A stretch of DNA of 64,000 nt from a virus (taxonomy: Duplodnaviria > Caudoviricetes). Under the pieces are notes generated by a model. That model saw nothing but the letters and a program-made list of their open reading frames with translations, was not told the origin of the DNA and searched no databases. Positions 1 to 9,830 of the stretch are shown here, piece by piece. The DNA lies in IMG/VR virus record IMGVR_UViG_3300037067_022526, positions 1-64,000 of that record, one strand, 5' to 3'. Within the stretch, counting starts at the first letter, position 1. The number at the start of each line of letters is the position of its first letter. Made by a program: the position numbers and the translations under genes.

Positions 1-3000
1 GCTCGTGAATAATAATAAGCACCACTGGTACTTCCAGTGGGAAGTCCAGGACCTAGAATATGATTAGGACGACCATACGTGTCATAGCCATAACTGGTAG
101 TGTAATAAGTATTATTCGGATCACTGACTTGCGCGCCTGCAAAACGACCATCGATAGCACCATTAAAATCCCTATTAATAACCCAATTAGGGAACATAGA
201 CGATGAACCGAATGTTTCTTTGACTAAACGATATTCATTGGGGTCATTGGCATCGGCTATGCTAAAAGTTCTCGTCCCAACGGCATCGGTAATTTGTGAT
301 ACCTGTCCAATTCTGTCATATTGAACACTGATAGTTGGGGTTATATTTGGATCGCTATATGTTATACTTGTTAAATTAAGGATATTATTTGGATCATATC
401 CGAAAGTTGATATTTCATTTCTGTCCCACGTTCTAGTATGAATCCGGCCATCTGGGGTATAAGCATAATTAATTTCTGAGTTATCATTATAAGTTTTTTT
501 GTTTAATAATCCTGAGTACTCATCGAATTCCCATTCTGTGACATCTGCAGTGCCATTACTGTCCCGATATTTGCTCAATGATATTTTTTGCCCATAGTCG
601 TCATATTCAATTTCAAATTTGTACTGAGGATTTCCGTAGACGCTTGTCTTGTGCCCATGAGTGTCATATCCAAATAGAACAGACCTGCTTAGCGGGTCGG
701 TGATTGATTCTAACTTACTAGAATAAGCACCGTTGCCAGTTTCGCCCGGATCGTAATATGAATAGATTGTTTCCTCGTCGTTATCAGATGTAATACAATC
801 TATCCTACCGGCATTATCGTAAGAAATAGCGGTTTCGATTCCTCGCTCATCTGTGAAGCTAGATTTTCGGCCGAATGAATCATAAGTATAAATTGTTGTC
901 GTTCCAGATTTGTCGGTGAATTGCATAATTCGGTTGCCATGCAATATAGCCGAAAGATTTGTTGTACTATCCGGATAATCAACTGTAATAGTTGATAGTG
1001 ATTGCGATGGGTCAACCGAAACAGAAATATCTGTCGTTAAGTTGTGAACTTCATCGGTAACTCTTACCTCGCTAACCAATCCGATGGAAAACCCGGACAT
1101 CCTAAGTGCTATTGTTTTAATGGGAACTTCAGTGCTACTATCGGTTGGATATGTACTAGATTCAATGATTTTCCACCAATTATTAGAACCGTCCTTTTCG
1201 AATTTTGTCCCTGTATCTACAACATAATCTGTGCTAGACAAATCTAAAGCACCATTGTTTCCAATATCAGTACCACGTCGATTTATTTTTCCCATCGCAT
1301 CGTATTCATATCTGGTCGAAGGGAGAGTCACAGAAGAAGTTGATTTTGAAATTGAAGACAGTAATCCTGTTACATTATCATAATTATAAGTATTAGTTAT
1401 AGCATCATTAGGGTCATTCCATGCTGGTCTTTTAACCGATGAAATCTTTCCTAACATATTGTAGGTTTTTTCGGTGTATCGCACTGAATTAGAGTCATCA
1501 TATTTCATTTCTGTTATAGTGCCAGCTCCAGAACTATATTCGAATTCACGATATTTGGGCAAGGCGCCGCTAACTGATTTAACTCTGCCATCGCGATAAT
1601 ACGATATAACTCGATCTCTTAGCCCGGCGGTTCCCGAAGTTGCGCTGCTGGCATAATCAAAATATGTCAATATCTCTCGGTTGGTTGTATCATACTCATA
1701 CATTGTTTTGAGTGTAGCGACGCTGCCAGAATGACTATTTTTTGTTACTGCGATCAACCTTCCGGCCAGATCATATTCTTCAATTATTTGTTTTGATAGA
1801 GATCCGGAATTGCCCGTAATTATTGTTTGTAACGGTGTATCATAATTATAGCTTGTTATAATATCATCCTGAGTATAAGATCCACCAGATGGAACGCTTG
1901 CGGTTATCTCTGATATCCTATTCAACAAATCTAGTTCATATGTGGTTGAGATACCCGTAACGTCGGTAATAGTTTGACTGCAACAACTTCCATATTCGAT
2001 ATTATAATGTTGTCCGGTATTATAATACACATCGCCTAGTCTGGTTTGTCTATCACTTGAGTCATAAATATAATTAGCCCAGAAAATTGTATTAGTAGCG
2101 GCAGGGAGAGTAGATGTATCGGTGTTTATGTAAACCGCTGTGAATTCATAAACAAGTCTGCCTCTAGAATCTATTATGGCCACATCTACAGTAGATTTAT
2201 ATGGTAATGCTACAAAATTAGCCCCATCCACATATCCGTGTATTACCTGTCTATACCTATAACCATGCCCATCATCTCCATTGAGACTCCACGTTGGTTG
2301 TTCGGTAGATGGAGAATTTGTTGGCGTGAAACTAATTACATCATCATATGAATAAAGATCTTTGTGCCCATCGGGATATTGAATTGAAATTACGTCTTCA
2401 TGTGAACTGTCTCTATAGGTTATAACAGATGTCAATCCGGTGGAACCGCTCGGATTAGTCCTTGTATATTTCGTCGTAATATTGGGGTCATTCGAGTCAT
2501 AACTGTAATCAATATATTTGGTGTAATCACCATCTGTTCTGCTAACCAGAGACGCAAGACGATAATCTGATGCTGCATTGTATGTCATCTCTATCGACTT
2601 AACGCCAGAATCGTCTGCGTCCGGGCAGGTACTGGGATACGTAGTATCGCCCCAGCCGGTTATTATGGTTTCTGTCAAATTATTACCGTTTTTAGCAGAT
2701 TTATACCATGCCCACGAACCACCAGGATACTGTTCGCTTGTTAAAACAATTCCATTTGTGAGATCATAAGTCCAATTCGTGATAAGTGCATCATTCGCGT
2801 CGTTGGGATCTACAGGATAAATTGTTTTTTGAATCGGGTATGGATAAGTGCCATAAAAATTACATAGCACTTCTTCGTGATATACTTCAGTTGTGCCTAA
2901 ATGGCTAATGGTATGAGTGTATGTTGTTTCGCTTGGCTCATTGGGATCGGAATTCCATGTGAGTGCTTCGCTTTGCAACGTGGTAGTGTCATCAAGATAT

Positions 3001-3965
3001 GTTAAATCCCAATCTAAATCTGATACGCTTCCCGTGTACATAAATTTAATACGAGGAGTAGAGCTATTGTTCTCGACATATTCGGCTATTCGAAGTCTAT
3101 TATAGCTTGACGATGTATCGGGATTATCAACGACCCACTTTTTAAAGAATCCTTCTCCAGTTTGGTCGTAAATTCCATTATCTAAATCACCTATATCATT
3201 GCTTCCATAAAAAGCAATTGAATAAGAGTATTCATTAATATCAACAATATCAACAAGCAAAAACGGAGCTGATGATGGACCAACAAGGATTTGTCTTAGA
3301 ACCGATGAATTATTGGGATCATAAATAACATCAATGTCCGATTCATTTGTGTCTGCAAGAGTATATATTAAATTTGTTGGTTCCGACAAGTCTTCGGTTG
3401 GTTGTTGGGCAGATATTTCCAAATAGCCAGCTGGATCTCCATCGGACCGAGTTCCCAGATTGAATCTAGCATGCATTCCATTAATATCTAAAAATGTGTG
3501 GAAATTAGGGCATGTGATACAGCTATTTTCAGCGTAATTATTAGCATAGTTATTATAGTTATCTCCGACTACATAGAATGACATTTCAAGTTCCAGGGGG
3601 GTATCATCGCTTTCTTTTCCGCCGCATGGAATGGCCATATCATCTACGGTTACAAACATTTTATAAAATCCCACTTCATCTGCGGTGAAAGTGGATATTT
3701 GTGTTGAGCTAAGTTGGGTATACAGGCCACATGGTTTGCATATCCAAATTTTGCTGATATAAACCTCATCTATGTCACCGCCGCCAGTGTCCATATCACG
3801 AAAACAACTCGCTGTTATCGGAATCTGGCTGCCCAATTGGACTAAAAAGACTGGTGGTTGAATCATTTCAATTGGCGGATCAGCCCAGCAAGTCGCATGC
3901 ACTTTTGGTGCAACTAGGCACATTGCCATGAAACATAGCGAAAGGATTAAATTTTTAAAATTCAC
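1..3965 (-). CDS. Rhs/YD-repeat protein with N-terminal signal peptide (3' end runs off the window)
   Basis: Manual translation: GGAG RBS then GTG at 3965, MNFKNLILSLCFMAMCLVAPKVHA (signal-like). The same frame is open at about 10 spot checks down to position 1, with YD motifs (ISYDNAGRI, YGYDTYGRP). Absent from the ORF track because no stop lies in the window. Confidence 0.85.
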   Translation of the reverse strand, partial: MNFKNLILSLCFMAMCLVAPKVHATCWADPPIEMIQPPVFLVQLGSQIPITASCFRDMDTGGGDIDEVYISKIWICKPCGLYTQLSSTQISTFTADEVGFYKMFVTVDDMAIPCGGKESDDTPLELEMSFYVVGDNYNNYANNYAENSCITCPNFHTFLDINGMHARFNLGTRSDGDPAGYLEISAQQPTEDLSEPTNLIYTLADTNESDIDVIYDPNNSSVLRQILVGPSSAPFLLVDIVDINEYSYSIAFYGSNDIGDLDNGIYDQTGEGFFKKWVVDNPDTSSSYNRLRIAEYVENNSSTPRIKFMYTGSVSDLDWDLTYLDDTTTLQSEALTWNSDPNEPSETTYTHTISHLGTTEVYHEEVLCNFYGTYPYPIQKTIYPVDPNDANDALITNWTYDLTNGIVLTSEQYPGGSWAWYKSAKNGNNLTETIITGWGDTTYPSTCPDADDSGVKSIEMTYNAASDYRLASLVSRTDGDYTKYIDYSYDSNDPNITTKYTRTNPSGSTGLTSVITYRDSSHEDVISIQYPDGHKDLYSYDDVISFTPTNSPSTEQPTWSLNGDDGHGYRYRQVIHGYVDGANFVALPYKSTVDVAIIDSRGRLVYEFTAVYINTDTSTLPAATNTIFWANYIYDSSDRQTRLGDVYYNTGQHYNIEYGSCCSQTITDVTGISTTYELDLLNRISEITASVPSGGSYTQDDIITSYNYDTPLQTIITGNSGSLSKQIIEEYDLAGRLIAVTKNSHSGSVATLKTMYEYDTTNREILTYFDYASSATSGTAGLRDRVISYYRDGRVKSVSGALPKYREFEYSSGAGTITEMKYDDSNSVRYTEKTYNMLGKISSVKRPAWNDPNDAITNTYNYDNVTGLLSSISKSTSSVTLPSTRYEYDAMGKINRRGTDIGNNGALDLSSTDYVVDTGTKFEKDGSNNWWKIIESSTYPTDSSTEVPIKTIALRMSGFSIGLVSEVRVTDEVHNLTTDISVSVDPSQSLSTITVDYPDSTTNLSAILHGNRIMQFTDKSGTTTIYTYDSFGRKSSFTDERGIETAISYDNAGRIDCITSDNDEETIYSYYDPGETGNGAYSSKLESITDPLSRSVLFGYDTHGHKTSVYGNPQYKFEIEYDDYGQKISLSKYRDSNGTADVTEWEFDEYSGLLNKKTYNDNSEINYAYTPDGRIHTRTWDRNEISTFGYDPNNILNLTSITYSDPNITPTISVQYDRIGQVSQITDAVGTRTFSIADANDPNEYRLVKETFGSSSMFPNWVINRDFNGAIDGRFAGAQVSDPNNTYYTTSYGYDTYGRPNHILGPGLPTGSTSGAYYYSR

Positions 3966-4162
3966 TGCTTTTCTCCAAGTTGTTTTGATAGCCCTATTGC
4001 TATCATCTGTCGAGTATTATACTCAACGAATTTGCATAAATCCAGAATTAAATCCGCCCAGTCGAAATCATTAAGGTTTCCCTAAGTCATAAAGGATTAA
4101 CAAGTAGAATTTTGTTAATGAATATATGTATATATTTAACCCATTATCACAAGGAGACTACA

Positions 4163-4372
4163 ATGCCTAAAGCATCCTGTCTCGGTAATTGTGAAAAACG
4201 GAAAATTAGAGTCAATGACAATCAATTATGTGATTGGTTTGAGCTTAGAAAAAAGCCCAAAAGATATCATGTTATGTGTGCTCATTGCAAACACTTTACC
4301 AAAATAGATATAAGCAAAGAAAATCCAGGCAAGGAAAATAAAAATCAGGATTCCGATAAAATTGGTGATTGA
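4163..4372 (+). CDS. small Zn-ribbon-like hypothetical protein
   Basis: AAGGAG RBS before ATG 4163; CLGNC and CAHC pairs. Confidence 0.6.
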   Translation: MPKASCLGNCEKRKIRVNDNQLCDWFELRKKPKRYHVMCAHCKHFTKIDISKENPGKENKNQDSDKIGD

Positions 4373-4448
4373 ATCCGTTGTATAATAATTATATAGAGAG
4401 TTCTAACGATATCTGGTTGAGATATTGAAATTTATTTTGGAGATCATC

Positions 4449-4871
4449 ATGAAAGTATATGATGTTTATCTGGCGGGGTATCCCGACATATCGTGGCGAG
4501 AGTCCTTTTTGTCTTTAATTGATGAAAGTATTACGGTTTACGATCCAATTATTGATGAATATAAAAGACTAAATCATGAGGAAAAAGCCGATTTAGTAGC
4601 TAGCGAATTAGAGTTCATTGAGAAAAGCGAGATTATTGTATTTTATTTATGCAAAAAATGGCAAAGCTATTTCAGTATGCTACAATTGGGCGATGCAGTA
4701 GGTAGAGGTAAGCAGGTTGTTATCTGTATCGCAGATACAATTGACTCTGAAGAAAAAATTAGACGATATTGTGAATATCGTGGCATTATTGTCGTGGAGA
4801 GTCTAGACGATTTGGTGTCAACTGTTGAAGAGTATTTGGCAGAAGTAGAACTATGTGCAGTTAATTTGTGA
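4449..4871 (+). CDS. nucleoside 2-deoxyribosyltransferase-like protein
   Basis: VYLAG...WRE...VYDP...ELEFIEKSEIIVFYL...LGDAVGRGK pattern of the NDT-like fold. Confidence 0.65.
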   Translation: MKVYDVYLAGYPDISWRESFLSLIDESITVYDPIIDEYKRLNHEEKADLVASELEFIEKSEIIVFYLCKKWQSYFSMLQLGDAVGRGKQVVICIADTIDSEEKIRRYCEYRGIIVVESLDDLVSTVEEYLAEVELCAVNL

Positions 4872-5917
4872 TTTTAAAACAAGCTTTAAATCCAGAACAA
4901 AAAGTTTTAATTATCTATGATACTCACGCTGGTTTTGTCCAAAAACCAGCAATATTCAAAGAGTATCAGAGTATAATACTGAATAACATTTCGCACAGAA
5001 TCCCAGTTTTTGATTGCAATGGAGTCAAAATTACTGGAACGGAATGTTTTTGGATACCGTTTCAAAAAAATACATCACAAGATGAAATTCGAAGATTACA
5101 ATGTGAATTAGTTCCATTACAAATAAGTGCCATAGAGGCGAGTGCTGAATTGGGATATGAAATACCACGTAAAATTAAAGATGTCGAGGTCAAAAAAATG
5201 GCAGAAGAGAATATCACCAGAACTCAAGCTATCATTAAAAAATTAGGTTTTGATCCACGAGATGAGTCGTGGATTGAAAGCGAAATGGCAATTACAAATA
5301 GAGAGAGGAATTGGTATCGATTCGAGAGAGAAAACGATGCCATTTTTAATAATAGTTGGGATGGGATTGTTTCTACTTTTAACAAACAATACGGCGACAA
5401 TATCAGCTTAAATGAAGCTCAAATTCTATCTAAAAAACGGAACCGATATATCTTGGGGGCGTATATGCTTCGCATGTCCGGTAATGCCAACAAAAGAGAA
5501 TGGGCAAAATCGGCCAAAGAATTTGAGATTAGACATCGCGATATCGAAAAAAGAATGAACGACTGGAGTCAAAAACACATTAATAACTTTCCAACAGTAA
5601 AAACCAAGAAACCGATTGGATTCTTTTTCGGTCCCTACTATAATCAGTGCATAGAGCGTGCCCCGAGATATTTTAGCGATGTCAATTGTAATATGATAAA
5701 AGAAGGCACAACTCTACGGGTGATATCTTTTGATCCTGTATCTAGGTGTATCCGGTTGGATTTTCCGTTAGTTGTCCGAGAAGACATAAAAGGTAAAGAC
5801 GGCAATAATACGCCGTGGATTAAAAATGAACCTGACTATGAATTTTTTGTTAAACCAGATGAAATTGAGGAGTGTTTAGAGATTGTTTCAGGAGATGATT
5901 TGTGGCTAGAAACCTAA
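4868..5917 (+). CDS. hypothetical protein (349 aa)
   Basis: long ORF, GTGA overlap with the upstream stop. Confidence 0.75.
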   Translation: MILKQALNPEQKVLIIYDTHAGFVQKPAIFKEYQSIILNNISHRIPVFDCNGVKITGTECFWIPFQKNTSQDEIRRLQCELVPLQISAIEASAELGYEIPRKIKDVEVKKMAEENITRTQAIIKKLGFDPRDESWIESEMAITNRERNWYRFERENDAIFNNSWDGIVSTFNKQYGDNISLNEAQILSKKRNRYILGAYMLRMSGNANKREWAKSAKEFEIRHRDIEKRMNDWSQKHINNFPTVKTKKPIGFFFGPYYNQCIERAPRYFSDVNCNMIKEGTTLRVISFDPVSRCIRLDFPLVVREDIKGKDGNNTPWIKNEPDYEFFVKPDEIEECLEIVSGDDLWLET

Positions 5918-6111
5918 GAAAAGTAATAAGTCAGGCATGCAAACAGATTACCAAAGAAGTCATATGTTTGTGGCGCGATAGGAAAGATTATTTAGATAAG
6001 GCTGAATTATTAGCCAACAGCAGGCAATTAGAAGATCTATATAACTTTAGACGAGGACAATTCGCGGCGATGAATAAAAACCAAAATAACAGATATATAG
6101 GTTAAAACTTA

Positions 6112-6924
6112 ATGACGATTTCGTGTAAATATATCAACTGCCCAGATACTCATTTTTCTGACAAAAATTTAAATGACAGAATTTTTCCCGATGATTTTAT
6201 TAACCACATTATTTGTGGTGATTGTTCTGTTGTTTTAAAAATTATCCCAAATTCATCTATTAATTTGATTATCACATCTCCGCCGTATTTTGTGAATAAG
6301 AGTTATGAAAACACATGGACTTTTGAAGAATACTCTTTTTTGATGAATTGTGTATTTAAAGAATGCTATCGTATTTTACAACCAGGCGGATATGCTGTTT
6401 TTAATTTCGGCGATTATTTTAATAAGGACCGATTTTATGAAGCAGAAGTGCCAAGTGTTTATCCTGCTTCAATAAATTATTTTCAATGGGGCAGAGATGT
6501 TGGATTTGATTTACAGGCAACTCGTATTTGGCGCAAGCAATTTTCACGCATGTCAATACCGTTTGTATGTAACACTCATCCACGACCAATTTTTGATTAT
6601 GAGCACATTTGGACATTTCGTAAACAAGATGGAACTGGCAAAGAATTTGTAAATGATCGTAAAAAATCTCAAAGAGCCGTTTTAGGAGAAGATTGGACTG
6701 CGCCTGCTAAATTACAAAATCACGAAGCAGCTTTTCCGATTGATTTACCCCTGTGGGCTATCGATGTTTATGCTCGGCCGGATGATATTATTTTAGATCC
6801 ATTCGGGGGCATAGGAACAACAATGTTGGCTGCCATTGAAAAGAAGCATAAATGTATTATAATTGAGAAAAATGAAAGCAACTGCAAGTATGCATATCGT
6901 AGAATTAGAGGGCAGGAGATCTGA
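6112..6924 (+). CDS. DNA methyltransferase, beta class, probably N4-cytosine
   Basis: IITSPPY catalytic motif precedes ILDPFGGIGTT SAM-binding motif; HEAAFP. Confidence 0.9.
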   Translation: MTISCKYINCPDTHFSDKNLNDRIFPDDFINHIICGDCSVVLKIIPNSSINLIITSPPYFVNKSYENTWTFEEYSFLMNCVFKECYRILQPGGYAVFNFGDYFNKDRFYEAEVPSVYPASINYFQWGRDVGFDLQATRIWRKQFSRMSIPFVCNTHPRPIFDYEHIWTFRKQDGTGKEFVNDRKKSQRAVLGEDWTAPAKLQNHEAAFPIDLPLWAIDVYARPDDIILDPFGGIGTTMLAAIEKKHKCIIIEKNESNCKYAYRRIRGQEI

Positions 6925-7394
6925 AATGCGGAGAAATAAGTGAGCAGTCGAGCGTTCCTGTCTGAGAACTGGCATCAATCTCCAGCAGTTATTGTTTTTA
7001 AATGTCAACCCGTGCCGCTTTTGCTCTGCTTTGCACAACTAGGGCATGCAGGAGCGTGGCAGTATGGCATATGTATGCACAAACTACAATCAGAAGCGAT
7101 AGGTCGTTTTTCTTGCCCGAAATGTTCTGCCACGTATACATTACGACAATATCCCGGGTTTTGGCAACTCAAAGCGGACAGTCCCATGAACCCCAAATTG
7201 GAAGATATACAAACATTTTCAGTGAACCAAGAATATAAGAACTGCTTAGTTGATTGAAGGTGAGCCACCGTGGAGTGAAAAATAACCATGCGATAGAAGC
7301 GAAAGAGGACAACCGGAGCCATCTGCCGTAGAACAAAATATGTTACGAGCTATCTCCAAACGATTGATCCCCGGGCATCGCAAATGAGGAAGAT

Positions 7395-9041
7395 ATGAGC
7401 CAGACCGTTCGTACCCGTTTCGCGCCGTCGCCGACCGGCTATTTGCACATCGGCGGAGCGCGGACGGCGTTGTTCAACTACCTGCTGGCCAAGCGGCTGG
7501 GCGGGAAATTCGTGCTGCGCATCGAGGACACCGACCAGACCCGCAACATCGAGGCGGCGGACCAGAAGCTGCTCGAAGACCTGCGCTGGCTCGGACTGCA
7601 GTGGGACGAGGGTCCGGAGGTCGGCGGACCGCACGGGCCCTACCACCAATCGCAGCGCCGCAAGCTGTATGACGAGCACGCCCGCCGGCTGCTCGACGCC
7701 GGCCAGTCCTACTACGCCATGGAGACGCGCGAAGAGCTCGACGCCATGCGGAAGGCCGCCCAGCAGCGCGGCGAGAAGGGCTTTCGCTATCCGCGGCCAA
7801 CGCACTTCCCGTCCGATGCCGAAGCGCAGCAGGCCCGCGACGCCGGCCGGCCGGTGGTCGTCCGCTTCAAGATGCCGCAGCGCGACTTCGTCGTGCCCGA
7901 CCAGATCCTTGGCGACGTGGCGATCGGGGCGGCGGAGCTGAGCGACTTCGTGATCGTGAAGAGCGACGGCTGGCCGACGTACAACTACGCCGTGGTCGTC
8001 GATGACGCGTCGATGCAGATCACCCACGTGCTCCGCGGCCAGGAGCACCTGATGAACACGCCGGGCCAGATCGCCCTCTACGAGGCCTTCGGCTACGCGC
8101 CGCCCGAGTTCGCGCACCTGCCCATCATCTTCAACATGAGCGGCACGAAGATGAGCAAACGCGAGAAAGACAAGGTGGTGCGTGACGCGGCGAAGGCGGC
8201 GCAGCTCGACGATGCGCGCCTCATGACGCTGGCGGGCGTGGACGACGCCGCGCTGGCGTCCTGGCGCAAAGGCGACACGCAACTGCCGGGCGAGGCCCTG
8301 CAACGGTTGGCCCGCGCGCTGCACGTGCGCTTGCCGGAAATCGAGATCCACGATTTCCGCCGGAGCGGGTATTTGCCCGAAGTGCTGGTGAACTTCATCG
8401 CGCTGCTGGGCTGGTCGCCGGGCACGGACCAGGAGAAGTTCACGCTGGCGGAGCTGTGCCAGGAATTCCGCGTGGAGCGCGTCGGCAAGACCAACGCCCG
8501 TTTCGACCGGGACAAGCTGCTGAACTTTAACACGACGGCGCTGGAGGCGGCGCCGGCGGCCCGGAAGCTGGCGGCGTTTCGTGATTTCCTCAGCGTGAAT
8601 GAGCCGGGGCCGTTGACCGGCCTCGACGATGCGCAACTCGCGCACCTGATCGAGCTCTGCCAGGGGTTCCGCACGTTCCCGGACATCGAATACAAGTGCG
8701 GGGCGCTGTTCGTCCCGGACGCGGCCGTGCGCTACGACGACGACGCGCTCAAGAAGCACTTGTTGAAGGGGGAGTCGGCCGGCGTGAAGGTGCTGACGGA
8801 GATGCGGACGCGGTTGGCGGCGCTGGACGACTGGTCGCCGGCGCGGCTCGACGGCCTGATCCGCAGCTATGCCGAGGAGCATGGCCTCGGGCTCGGCAAA
8901 GTGGCACAGCCGCTGCGGGTGGCGGTGACGGGGACGACGGTGAGCCCGCAGATTTTCGACACGCTGGCGGTGCTGGGGCGGGACCGGACGCTGGCCCGCA
9001 TCGCGCGCACACTGGAAATGGTGGCCGGCGCTGCGAAATAG
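7395..9041 (+). CDS. gltX: glutamate--tRNA ligase (GC-rich, foreign composition)
   Basis: RFAPSPTGYLHIGG, LRIEDTD, THVLRGQEH, KMSKR, C-terminal PLRVAVTG...SP; GAGGA RBS. Confidence 0.97.
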   Translation: MSQTVRTRFAPSPTGYLHIGGARTALFNYLLAKRLGGKFVLRIEDTDQTRNIEAADQKLLEDLRWLGLQWDEGPEVGGPHGPYHQSQRRKLYDEHARRLLDAGQSYYAMETREELDAMRKAAQQRGEKGFRYPRPTHFPSDAEAQQARDAGRPVVVRFKMPQRDFVVPDQILGDVAIGAAELSDFVIVKSDGWPTYNYAVVVDDASMQITHVLRGQEHLMNTPGQIALYEAFGYAPPEFAHLPIIFNMSGTKMSKREKDKVVRDAAKAAQLDDARLMTLAGVDDAALASWRKGDTQLPGEALQRLARALHVRLPEIEIHDFRRSGYLPEVLVNFIALLGWSPGTDQEKFTLAELCQEFRVERVGKTNARFDRDKLLNFNTTALEAAPAARKLAAFRDFLSVNEPGPLTGLDDAQLAHLIELCQGFRTFPDIEYKCGALFVPDAAVRYDDDALKKHLLKGESAGVKVLTEMRTRLAALDDWSPARLDGLIRSYAEEHGLGLGKVAQPLRVAVTGTTVSPQIFDTLAVLGRDRTLARIARTLEMVAGAAK

Positions 9042-9094
9042 GCGGTATAATAGGCATAGCGGCGTGGTCCTTTCAACTTGTGGAAATACCCCTC

Positions 9095-9193
9095 ATCAAC
9101 TACCCAATGGCTAAAGACCATTGGGCTTGCTCCAATAACTAGAACGATTCCTCCACGAAACTAAAGATTTCGTGGTTTCCTTCGCTCAATCAT
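9095..9193 (+). mobile_element. 99-bp ends-only IS200/IS605-type miniature element (PATE/MITE-like)
   Basis: ATCAACTAC start; hairpins CCCAATGG-CTAAAGA-CCATTGGG (9103-9125) and CCACGAAA-CTAAAGA-TTTCGTGG (9153-9175); followed by ATGA; end layout matches the IsrB elements at 26810 and 47499. Confidence 0.75.
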
Positions 9194-9280
9194 ATGAATA
9201 AATAGAGGGCAACTGGGTTTATCCCCTGCGAAGTGTCAACCTGGTATATAATCGAGATGAAATATTTTAAAGGAATTTAC

Positions 9281-9308
9281 TTGACTTTTCCCGTATAGGT
9301 GGTATAAT
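9281..9308 (+). promoter_or_regulatory. sigma70-type promoter
   Basis: TTGACT-16 nt-TATAAT with extended -10 TG. Confidence 0.7.
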
Positions 9309-9323
9309 ACTGTCGGAGAACAG

Positions 9324-9464
9324 ATGAAATGACCATAGCCAAGACAAAACGATTTAGCTTTAAGCGAATACCAGAGAAAGTCCTGAGTATGGCATAGATT
9401 TATTTAAGTTTATATATTCTTACCACCCCAGGCAACCAAAAAGAAGCTTGGGGTTTCTTTTTGG
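9324..9464 (+). promoter_or_regulatory. putative leader peptide plus attenuator
   Basis: ATG-AAA-TGA overlapping a 22-aa uORF (9329-9397); two mutually exclusive stems, 9426-33/9446-53 (followed by a U-tract) and 9436-45/9455-64. Confidence 0.45.
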
Positions 9465-9518
9465 GAGTAAAAAATGTCGTAGAAAGTTTCCAAAAACAAG
9501 CTCAGGAGAATCGAGCGA

Positions 9519-9830
9519 ATGAAAATGTATATTTTGGTTCGTAGATCAATACCGCTGGGACATCAGGTTAATTGTGTTGGACACGCAACATTGGCATGCT
9601 ATTTAAAATTCAAGGACCACGCTGATATGCCGGGTTGGTTAGAACATTCTTACAAGAAAGTGACATGCCAAGTAAGTGACGAAGAATTTGAATTAGCCAA
9701 GAACAGTTGTGAGGATTGGGCGATTATAAACGAAAGTGACCTAAACTACGAACCAGTTGCCATTGCATTTAGGCCGAGAGAAAAGTTTCCAGAAATTTTC
9801 AAAACCTTTAAGTTATTTGGAGCAACATGA
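9519..9830 (+). CDS. peptidyl-tRNA hydrolase, Pth2 family
   Basis: KMYILVR...GHATL...KKVTC...AIAFRP...FKLF layout and size of bacterial Pth2. Confidence 0.75.
   Translation: MKMYILVRRSIPLGHQVNCVGHATLACYLKFKDHADMPGWLEHSYKKVTCQVSDEEFELAKNSCEDWAIINESDLNYEPVAIAFRPREKFPEIFKTFKLFGAT

Noticed and set aside
800-3105. Short track ORFs in the first 3.1 kb
   Set aside because: They overlap the long minus-strand Rhs frame.
6940-7322. Three overlapping 78-105 aa ORFs before gltX
   Set aside because: Cannot tell which, if any, is real; only a CPKC motif, so left uncalled.
7258-7394. T-box or other riboswitch upstream of gltX
   Set aside because: No T-box consensus or terminator visible.
7350-9142. 510-aa antisense ORF and other overlapping ORFs
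   Set aside because: Shadow frames of GC-rich gltX, where stop codons are scarce; no recognisable motifs.
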